From NCBI GenBank assembly GCA_963977015.1, contig CAXBMO010000004.1, positions 96,001 through 160,000 of the forward strand: 64,000 nucleotides of DNA, written 5' to 3'. Each line of letters begins with the position of its first letter. The stretch's first letter is position 1. Both the position numbers and the translations under genes were made by a program. Under the pieces are notes generated by a model. That model searched no databases. It was not told where the DNA came from and saw nothing but the letters and a program-made list of their open reading frames with translations. This DNA comes from an uncultured bacterium (GTDB lineage Bacteria; Verrucomicrobiota; Verrucomicrobiia; Verrucomicrobiales; DEV007). Of this stretch, positions 56,793-64,000 are shown piece by piece.

Positions 56793-57998
56793 TCATTTTT
56801 GCAAAAGGGGAGCAAATCGTTGTTCGAGAGTCCTTCGATTGTAGCGGCTGAGTGCAGGGCGGTTTGCCCACGCAGCATGAACATGCCTCCGCCATTCCCC
56901 TCGCGGTTGACGTTGAATCGAACCCATACTGAAAAGGCTTTGCTCAATTTGTTCACCTGACTTCCCAAGCTTTGAGGCAAGATCATCAATTACCTGGCAG
57001 TAAAGTTCGTAGTTAAAACCGGTGTTCAGTTGGCCAGGTCCCTGGTCCGTATGACGGATGAGATTCTCGCCAGTAAGCAAGATGACGGACTTTGTCGTCC
57101 ACTGATCCATAATGTAGTGATTCTTAGGGCCGAAGAAATAAAGGAGCTTGGTAAAGAATGCGGGGCCCAAACCGGGGATGTTGGCATTGCCAGCAAAGAG
57201 GTCATAAGCCTCGGCACGGCTGAGTTTACAATCCCGTAGCTTGATCAGCTTGCCCCGAATGGCACGCCTCGCATTCCAAGCCTTCTGGGCGTTCTCGGCT
57301 CCCCCCGGTCCCAACCCCTGACCACCCCAAGCCATTGCACAGATGTAGCCGAATAGCGGATCCTTCTCGGTGTTGCTGCAATGCTGGCGAACGTCATGTC
57401 GGGCGAGTTGATCGACTGGAAAAGGACCCAATTGCGAAACCTCCTCTAGCTCTAAGTCTTCCACCCATTGCGCGGGAACGTCACCGATTCTTCCCTGCAT
57501 GAGGAAGGGCGCTTTTCGAAAAGCTTCAAAATGCTCCGGGTCGTAGAAAAAATTCGTGGCTTCTCCGCCATCCGCCTCCGCCATCGTTTCAAATGTCCAT
57601 GGCACGAACTCCCCAGACGGCTGTCCCCGGAAGAGATTCACCATGGATTCGCGGAACGATTTGTCTTTTGCCAACTTCCGGGTGGAACTCGAGATCTCGC
57701 TCCGACTGCGCAAATCTGGATCGAGAACGTCAATAGCGACTAACTCGGCCGCCTCACGTCTCCCGTTGTCGTCAAAGCCCGGTTCCGTCCACCAGATCAC
57801 CCTGGCGACGAGATCCGGATTGAGCGAAACCGCTGCCGATTTGCTGGTGATGCTGCTGCCGCGGTGAATCAAGTGCTGCTCGATCCGGCGGCGGAGATTC
57901 TTGCCCATCTCAACGTAGACCACACGTTCCTGGCCATCGAGCATCGCATAGATTCCCGGTAGCGTGGGGATGGAGGTAAGCTGGAACGAAGTGGACAT
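56793..57998 (-). CDS. Fusion: GIY-YIG-like domain + OGG-fold (HhH) DNA glycosylase-like domain
   Basis: N-terminal PGIYAM...VVYVEMGKNLRRRIEQH; C-terminal AMAWGG, IPGLGPAFFTKLLYF (HhH + Lys), YIMDQW (Asp), YELYC, IEQSLF. Confidence 0.75.
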   Translation of the reverse strand: MSTSFQLTSIPTLPGIYAMLDGQERVVYVEMGKNLRRRIEQHLIHRGSSITSKSAAVSLNPDLVARVIWWTEPGFDDNGRREAAELVAIDVLDPDLRSRSEISSSTRKLAKDKSFRESMVNLFRGQPSGEFVPWTFETMAEADGGEATNFFYDPEHFEAFRKAPFLMQGRIGDVPAQWVEDLELEEVSQLGPFPVDQLARHDVRQHCSNTEKDPLFGYICAMAWGGQGLGPGGAENAQKAWNARRAIRGKLIKLRDCKLSRAEAYDLFAGNANIPGLGPAFFTKLLYFFGPKNHYIMDQWTTKSVILLTGENLIRHTDQGPGQLNTGFNYELYCQVIDDLASKLGKSGEQIEQSLFSMGSIQRQPRGEWRRHVHAAWANRPALSRYNRRTLEQRFAPLLQK

Positions 57999-58019
57999 GA
58001 GGAAGCGAGCAGAGCCCCG

Positions 58020-59153
58020 TCAAACTCGAACCAACTCCATGAGCGGTTCAAACCGATAAATTGCGGCTTTCCTCCCTGACGCCTCTTCAACGGTCTGAAG
58101 AATCTCCTCCTGCAGAAGCAGCCGGGTGAATCGGGCTGCCGTCTGGGCGGGAATTCCGGCGTTCCCGGTAAACCGGCTATTGCGAAAAACCGGATACGTG
58201 AAAACAAAATCAAGGGCATTCACCGACCACTTCGACGCCAGCAATTCAGAAAAACGCCCTTTCATATCCTCGTAAAGCGACCTGACCTTTTCGGCGACTT
58301 CCAGATTGTGAATCGCCTGCTTTTCCACTGCCGTTAGGAAAAAAATACACCAGTCGTCCCAGGCCCCCTTTGCCGAAACGTCGCGCATGGTCGCAATGTA
58401 GGCGTCCTTGTGATCTTCGAAGTAACGGCTGATGTAAAAATGGGGGGCCGCAATGGCTCCCTTTGCCCACAGCATCAGCGTGATCAGCATCCGCCCGACC
58501 CGGCCATTTCCGTCCTTAAACGGGTGCAGCGCCTCAAACTCGACATGACAAAGGGCAGCGCGCAAAAGGATTGGCATTTTCTCATCCTCAACCATGGCAA
58601 CCAGCGCATCCATACCGCTCTCAAGCTTTTCAGGCGCAATTGGCACGAAACTGACCTCTCGGCGGCCCCGCTCTCCGATATAATTCTGCTCGGCCTTGAA
58701 CGCACCGGGAGACTTGCTCGCTCCGCGTCCGAAAGACAGAAGTTGTTGATGAATACTCTTCAGCAACGAGATGGACAGCGGCCGCCCCTCGTCCATCTGC
58801 CGCTGCGCGACGCGAAGCGACCGCTGGTAGAGAACCGTCTCGATCACGTCAGATCGAGATTTCGAAGCCGAGGCCACCTCGTCACCATACTCAGCCTCGT
58901 ATTGAAGGATCTCGTCCAGCGTGCTGATCGTTCCCTCCATTCGTGAGGAGATCACCGCCTCTTGATTGCGCAGGGGTGCGAGGAAGATTTCGCTGTTGTG
59001 CAGCCCCTTTAGCATCTGGTCATAGCGCGCCAAGGAGTCGGTTGCCGCCAGCAGCGCCGACAAAATTCGCCCATAATCGAGCGACTCGGGTGGAAACTCC
59101 CCATCGTGATACCAAACGGCTTTGGACGTATCGAAGTTCATGTTCGGCTTCAT
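58020..59153 (-). CDS. fic: Fic family protein (class II, autoinhibited) with C-terminal HTH
   Basis: HPFKDGNGRVGR catalytic motif; SSRMEG inhibitory motif; start may be 59153, 59141 or 59165. Confidence 0.92.
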   Translation of the reverse strand: MKPNMNFDTSKAVWYHDGEFPPESLDYGRILSALLAATDSLARYDQMLKGLHNSEIFLAPLRNQEAVISSRMEGTISTLDEILQYEAEYGDEVASASKSRSDVIETVLYQRSLRVAQRQMDEGRPLSISLLKSIHQQLLSFGRGASKSPGAFKAEQNYIGERGRREVSFVPIAPEKLESGMDALVAMVEDEKMPILLRAALCHVEFEALHPFKDGNGRVGRMLITLMLWAKGAIAAPHFYISRYFEDHKDAYIATMRDVSAKGAWDDWCIFFLTAVEKQAIHNLEVAEKVRSLYEDMKGRFSELLASKWSVNALDFVFTYPVFRNSRFTGNAGIPAQTAARFTRLLLQEEILQTVEEASGRKAAIYRFEPLMELVRV

Positions 59154-59243
59154 TTTTAATACCAAACTCGGTTGTTGTCGAAATTCTTGGACATTTAAAC
59201 ATTAAATCCGATCGAAGTTCATTGGTGATTGCCAGGGAGCGTT

Positions 59244-59432
59244 GATGTTAACGGGTGGCGAAAAATGAGAGACAAACTCGTTTGGCGTTCATGGTGGAAC
59301 ATCAATCTTCTTTGGCATCAAGATTCTCGAAAGTTTGATCATCGACACCTTTTGAGGCTCTCCCATGAAGGCCAAACGACTTCGATGTTAATAATCTAAT
59401 AAAAATGAGAGACAAACCCACTTGATGCTCAT
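59244..59432. repeat. Imperfect direct repeat, 140-bp period
   Basis: AAAAATGAGAGACAAAC identical at 59261-59277 and 59401-59417; both copies are preceded by GATGTTAA at the same offset. Confidence 0.75.
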
Positions 59433-59550
59433 TCTTGTCCTCCAAATTCGGTGCGAACCTCAAATCTCGCCGTTCGTCGAGGGTGCGAAATTGGAAGGAG
59501 CGAAGGGAATGTTTAGCTCGGCGAAGTGGGCTTGATGAACCAACGCCCTC

Positions 59551-60783
59551 CTAACCATGCCCCATCTCCTTGTGGTTGCCAATCGACAGCGCTTCCCAGG
59601 TGCCGTCGGGCTCCCGACGAAAGTGAGCCCGGAAGTTTTGGTTCACCCTGACCGACCACACATCATTTCCTCCCTTGGGCCACTTCTTGAAATCGGCTCC
59701 CGGTGTGATGGCCGCCTGAAGCTGTGATTTTTTCCGCTCCCAGGCATCCTGAATCGGTGGGGCGAGTTTGCGCAGCTTGCGCTGAAAATCACCGGATTCC
59801 ACGATTTCCTCCAAGTGACCGAACAGATCCAGGCAGCCTTCCAGAATCCCAAGTCGTTCTCCATCGTGAACGAGGTGGATGGGGCAGTAGCGCCAGTCGA
59901 TCCGGGGATGGATCGGGAACTGCCGCGGCCAATCCCAGCCGCCGCCCCGGTCTCCGAGATGGGGATTCGCCTTTCCCGTTTCGGAAAGGGCCCGGTAGCC
60001 TTCTGCCAGTTCCGTGAGATTGCGATCCCAGCCTTCCTTCTCGACATCGAGACCATCGCAGTAGCCTATCGGCTGGCCCCGAACAAATCCTTTCAGAGCC
60101 TCCTGCTTCCCGCGCACCTCCAGTGATCGTTTCCGAGTCCGGAACGCCTTGAGCATGTAGGCGTTCGCCAATTTTTCCTCTTCTTCACAGTAGCCGGGGT
60201 AATCCTCGAAAAACGCTTCCTTGGCCGGTCCCCACCATGGCTCCTGGAAAACCAATTCCATCTGGGCCACCGCGTAGTCCGTGGCAAAGTGAAACAGCTC
60301 ATGGTTGAGGATCGCGTGAAAGGCGAGGTGTGCCTTGGTCTTGTCTGTTGCCGGTAGGCCGCCGAAGGCATGCTTCATGAGGTAGGCAATCCCGGAAACC
60401 GGCACGTAAACGCCCCACTGCAATCCGGTCACGTGAAACGAGGAATACCAACCGACCGCATCCATCCCGTGGATTTCCACGCTTTTCCGGATCCGTTCCT
60501 CTTCTTCGCCATCCAGCGCCGGAAAAGTTTCTTCCGCCTCGGCTCCGATCTCGATCACCGGCTCAAAATCCGGAACCGACCCATCCGACTCCTGCTGCTC
60601 GTCGAAATCGTCACCATCCCACACGGAAAGAGGAGCTTCGCAGGTTTTTTCGGTCTCCGCGCCGGATAACGTGGTCACCGCCACCCTTGGTTCAGGACCG
60701 CGATTCTCGAACTCCGGCGATTCATCGAACAGCGCTCCCTCGATATCCTGCAAACTGTTGCGGACGCTGGTGATCAGTTTCAT
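59551..60783 (-). CDS. Fusion: acidic N-terminus + HExxH metallopeptidase-like domain + RelE/ParE-like C-terminal domain
   Basis: ILNHELFHF, then EEKLANAY; last ~85 aa read FQRKLRKL...DVWSVRVNQNFRAHF...WEALSIGNH; AAGGA RBS just after the upstream stop. Confidence 0.7.
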   Translation of the reverse strand: MKLITSVRNSLQDIEGALFDESPEFENRGPEPRVAVTTLSGAETEKTCEAPLSVWDGDDFDEQQESDGSVPDFEPVIEIGAEAEETFPALDGEEEERIRKSVEIHGMDAVGWYSSFHVTGLQWGVYVPVSGIAYLMKHAFGGLPATDKTKAHLAFHAILNHELFHFATDYAVAQMELVFQEPWWGPAKEAFFEDYPGYCEEEEKLANAYMLKAFRTRKRSLEVRGKQEALKGFVRGQPIGYCDGLDVEKEGWDRNLTELAEGYRALSETGKANPHLGDRGGGWDWPRQFPIHPRIDWRYCPIHLVHDGERLGILEGCLDLFGHLEEIVESGDFQRKLRKLAPPIQDAWERKKSQLQAAITPGADFKKWPKGGNDVWSVRVNQNFRAHFRREPDGTWEALSIGNHKEMGHG

Positions 60784-60789
60784 TTCCTT

Positions 60790-62610
60790 TTAAGCCTCCT
60801 CCACCTCATCCTCCGCCACTCCTAGCTCGGATACAATCGCTCCCTTTCCCGTCGAGTTTTCCACCAAATCGAGAAGCGCGGCTTTCCGTGCCCGGTAGAA
60901 CCCATCGAAATCATCCGCTCGCAGGAACCTCGGCTCGATGCAGTGGGTGCGAAGAATCGAGTCCATCGCGTCGTCGTCGAGTTGGACTCCCTTGTGGGTC
61001 TGGATTTGCTCCAGGTAATGCGACGGGGCGTTGCCGCCGATCATCCGGTTGGCCTTGGCGGAGATGGCCGTCTTGTTGATGATGGAATTGTAGATCCGGG
61101 GTGAAATCCCCCGATCGTCGCACCACTTCCGGGGAAAGATGTGATGGATGTCGATTCCCCGCTCGTTGAGGTCCAGATCCAGCATCCTGGTCTTCCAGAA
61201 GAAGTCGCAGGCTCCCTGCTGCTGCACCAGCACATACAGACCCCGGTAGGCAGCGGAATTCCGCGTCCTCAAGGTATCGAGGCGCGACTCCTGGAACCCG
61301 GAGGCAACCACGGTCACCGGTTCCTCGACGACGTCTCCGGTCAACCAATCCATCAGGTTCTGGTAGTCCAGGGCGATCCTCGTTTCCACCGCGCCGCCAT
61401 ACATTTCCCCCAAAACCCCACACCAAAACCAGCGCGCCAGCCGGTCCTGGATGGCCGGTTCCAGCCAGCGTTCTTTCAAGTGGGTCAGGACCGTGGCCAG
61501 GGGCACCAATTGGCTGCGATAGGGAAGAAACCGTTGATGATGGAATCCCAGCATCCTCAGAAACTGTTCCGCTTCCAGGAACCCGCCGGTCAGGGGCTCC
61601 GTCCATCGCTGGTAGGCCGGCAGCGGCGTGGAAAGGACGTGCTCGCGTTTCGCGCTGACCGTGGTGGCTTCCTTCGGTTTCTTTCCGGCAGCCAAATCAG
61701 CCAGCCTTCGTTCCCGGGAATCGAGCAGGGCGATTCCCTGAAGGAAATCGGTCGGCTCCAGGTCGGTGAGGATGGACTTGGCCGCCAGCTTCGCTTTCCG
61801 TCCCGTTCCCGCAGGCTCGCCGAACCAGTCCTTCCGCATGTTGTAGCCGTCCGCCGCATAGCTGGCCGTGACCAGCTCAAAGACGGAGAGCGCCACCCCA
61901 CCGGTGTTCACCTTTTCAAACACCAGGCAAACGGCCTCCTTGGAGGTTTCCTTTTTGAGGAGAATGACCGGGATCATGTAGCCTCGGAATGCGGCGAGAA
62001 CTTCCTTCCGAAAGGTCATGTAGGTCGAGAACCGTTCCGGAAACCGTTCATTGAGCCCTTCTTCCCATGCGTCGGAATCCAGGATCTGGCTGCAGGGGAA
62101 GCACATCGCCTCGTATTCCTTTTCCGGGCTGCTCAGATCCAGGTCAATCTGCCGCCCGAAATCCGACCGCAGGGTTTTCCGTTCGTCCACAGCGATGATG
62201 GCGGCTTCCAGGGATTGCGGTCCCTCCAGCGCCTTGGCGATGTCGAAGTAGTAGTGCCGTTTGATCGGTCGCTTGTTGTCGTCCCGAGTGGCGACCGGCC
62301 CATCGCCTTTCACCACCTGGGTCAGGGAGGTGAGCCGCTGCTGGCCGTCGAGGATGAGGCGTTCCGCGTCTGAGCCGGGAGACAAGGTGACGCCTTCGAC
62401 CGGCCGGAGCTGAAATCGCGTTTCTCCTCCCGTTTCCAGAATCATGACCGCGCCAATCGGAAAGGAACGGGCGATGCTGACGAGGAGGGAACGAATATGC
62501 TCGTCATCCCAAACCCAGCCGCGCTGAAAGTCCGGCAGTTGGATCTTGCCCTCCACGATGTCGTCGAGGAGGTCGCTGAGCTTGAGCTTGGTGGAGTCGA
62601 AGGTGGACAT
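60790..62610 (-). CDS. DUF262 + C-terminal HNH (GmrSD-like) protein
   Basis: LPDFQRGWVW, LDGQQRLT and FEKVNTGG (DUF262); DIHHIFP...NKTAISAKAN (His-Me finger). Confidence 0.87.
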   Translation of the reverse strand: MSTFDSTKLKLSDLLDDIVEGKIQLPDFQRGWVWDDEHIRSLLVSIARSFPIGAVMILETGGETRFQLRPVEGVTLSPGSDAERLILDGQQRLTSLTQVVKGDGPVATRDDNKRPIKRHYYFDIAKALEGPQSLEAAIIAVDERKTLRSDFGRQIDLDLSSPEKEYEAMCFPCSQILDSDAWEEGLNERFPERFSTYMTFRKEVLAAFRGYMIPVILLKKETSKEAVCLVFEKVNTGGVALSVFELVTASYAADGYNMRKDWFGEPAGTGRKAKLAAKSILTDLEPTDFLQGIALLDSRERRLADLAAGKKPKEATTVSAKREHVLSTPLPAYQRWTEPLTGGFLEAEQFLRMLGFHHQRFLPYRSQLVPLATVLTHLKERWLEPAIQDRLARWFWCGVLGEMYGGAVETRIALDYQNLMDWLTGDVVEEPVTVVASGFQESRLDTLRTRNSAAYRGLYVLVQQQGACDFFWKTRMLDLDLNERGIDIHHIFPRKWCDDRGISPRIYNSIINKTAISAKANRMIGGNAPSHYLEQIQTHKGVQLDDDAMDSILRTHCIEPRFLRADDFDGFYRARKAALLDLVENSTGKGAIVSELGVAEDEVEEA

Positions 62611-62627
62611 GGGGAAACGTTGGGCTA

Positions 62628-63764
62628 CTAAAGTTCTCCGTTAAAGGCGCGGGATTGGAGGGAGGCGAAAAGGGTGTCCAGTTCGGCGAGATGGGCGCGC
62701 AGGCGGGCTTTCTGGCGCTCGACCGATTCGACGACGGCGGCGAAGCTGTGTTGGAGGTCGAGGGGCGGCGTAGGGATTGGTAGCTTCTTCACATCGCCGA
62801 GATTGATTCCTCGAACTGCAATTCCTTTCGTCCTGCGCGCCATGTAGTGCTGCATCCCTTGAGTCGTGATGCACTGCATGACGTAGGCTGCTTCAGCTTC
62901 CGCCAAAGCGAGTCGGGCCGTATCTTGGGTAATATTAGCGCCTTCGGCATCATGCGGGGTTATCGCCATCCGACCAACGTGGCCCCTGATCGACATGAGT
63001 AGATCACCGGGCTTAAGACGCGACCGATTGTATTGATTCGCAATTTCTACCGTGGTTCTTCGGAGTTGGTTAACTAGCACTTGCTCATTCTTAATGTCGA
63101 CGACTCGCACATAGGGAATTCCGTCTTCAATATCCGGGCCCGGTTTAAGAATTCCGTAGGTGATTGGCCGATTCGGATCGATCAGCTTCTCCAGCGGAGC
63201 GTTCTCCCACCCCATCGGATTGGTGACGGGGTCGCCGAAGAGGGTGAGGAAGGTGGATTGGAGGAGGGTGTCGAGCTGGGCGAGGGACTCGCGGCGCTTG
63301 GCCCGCAAGGCGTCCGCCGCATCCAGGATCCCCGCAATCCGCTTCTGCTCGGCGAGGGGCGGGAGGGGGATTTGGATTCGGCTCGCTCCTGCCTTCGTAA
63401 GCTTTGCACGGGTCGTGCCGGTGAGCTGTGGTGTTACGTCAAGGTGCTTCAGCACAAGACATAGATAATCGAGATCTGTGCCGGACTTGGGCCGCAAGAC
63501 ATGTGCATGGTTGTTTACCCACGTTTTGCCGCTGATTTTATACGCGATGCCCCGGTTCGGTTCGAAGAAGTGTCCACCATCCTCAGCGAGAAGGACCAGC
63601 GGTTCATCGAAGATGAAGCCGTCGATGGTCCCCTGTTGCCCGTTCGCTCCAAAGTATGGGTATGGACCGGGATTTCGGTCGGCAGCTTTCACAGGACGCC
63701 TTTGGGAGTCAAGAAACTCAACCGCCTGTCCCAAAGTTGTAAGCGCAGTCGGAACTTCGCTCAT
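62628..63764 (-). CDS. hsdS: Type I R-M specificity subunit
   Basis: Two variable TRDs separated by conserved IPLPPLAEQKRIA...F..LFGDP and PTPPLDLQ...SLQSRAFNGEL; ATG overlaps the hsdM stop (ATGA). Confidence 0.93.
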   Translation of the reverse strand: MSEVPTALTTLGQAVEFLDSQRRPVKAADRNPGPYPYFGANGQQGTIDGFIFDEPLVLLAEDGGHFFEPNRGIAYKISGKTWVNNHAHVLRPKSGTDLDYLCLVLKHLDVTPQLTGTTRAKLTKAGASRIQIPLPPLAEQKRIAGILDAADALRAKRRESLAQLDTLLQSTFLTLFGDPVTNPMGWENAPLEKLIDPNRPITYGILKPGPDIEDGIPYVRVVDIKNEQVLVNQLRRTTVEIANQYNRSRLKPGDLLMSIRGHVGRMAITPHDAEGANITQDTARLALAEAEAAYVMQCITTQGMQHYMARRTKGIAVRGINLGDVKKLPIPTPPLDLQHSFAAVVESVERQKARLRAHLAELDTLFASLQSRAFNGEL

Positions 63765-64000
63765 CCTAACTTCCCCTCCAGCTCCTTCCGCCCTTTGGTG
63801 ATCTCTTCTTCCAGCTTCGCCAGCCGCTCCAGAATCACCCCCGGCGGATCGTATTCGACCGCTTCGTATTCCACCTCCTTGTAGCGGTTGATCGAGAGGT
63901 CGTAGTCGTTGCCTGCGATCTCGTCCTTCGGCACGAGGAAGCTCTGGTCGGTGCGTTTCCGCTTTTTCTCGGCCTTGCGGTTCTTCCACCGGGCCAGGAT
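63761..64000 (-). CDS. hsdM: Type I R-M methyltransferase subunit, C-terminal 79 aa (partial)
   Basis: Manual translation ...RKRTDQSFLVPKDEIAGNDYDLSINRYKEVEYEAVEYDPPGVILERLAKLEEEITKGRKELEGKLG*, a typical HsdM C-terminus. Confidence 0.88.
   Translation of the reverse strand: MLARWKNRKAEKKRKRTDQSFLVPKDEIAGNDYDLSINRYKEVEYEAVEYDPPGVILERLAKLEEEITKGRKELEGKLG

Noticed and set aside
63765-63989. N-terminal extension of hsdS
   Set aside because: Off-frame overlap with the hsdM C-terminus; the true start is the ATGA overlap at 63764.

Overview
GC-rich bacterial chromosomal window. The multiple sulfatases, DUF1080, prenyltransferase-repeat and GH75-like genes suggest a PVC (Verrucomicrobia-like) host; this is inferred, not shown. 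The left end holds the 5' 5.3 kb of a giant two-partner-secretion exoprotein (missing from the ORF track because it runs off the window) with a trypsin-like protease gene just upstream. Next come RidA, two sulfatases, an esterase, a YdjY-like / prenyltransferase-barrel / DUF1080 cluster, and a two-component system followed by an autotransporter and an AlkP-TPR-sulfotransferase fusion. The middle carries glutamine synthetase III, a stand-alone formate dehydrogenase alpha subunit, a Cys-rich MacAB-TolC-like operon, a RAYT transposase flanked by five GTAG-footed REP hairpins, a pectate lyase, a sulfatase and a GH75-like gene. The right 17 kb is a defence region around tRNA-Arg(ACG): jetABC without jetD on one side, and an ISL3 remnant plus a Type I R-M locus on the other. 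The hsdS-hsdR interval holds four accessory genes: a GmrSD-like DUF262-HNH protein, a HExxH metallopeptidase fused to a RelE/ParE-like domain, a Fic protein, and a GIY-YIG-like domain fused to an OGG-fold DNA glycosylase. The two fusions are the best candidates for undescribed anti-phage components. All family calls come from motifs read by eye; no database search was run.
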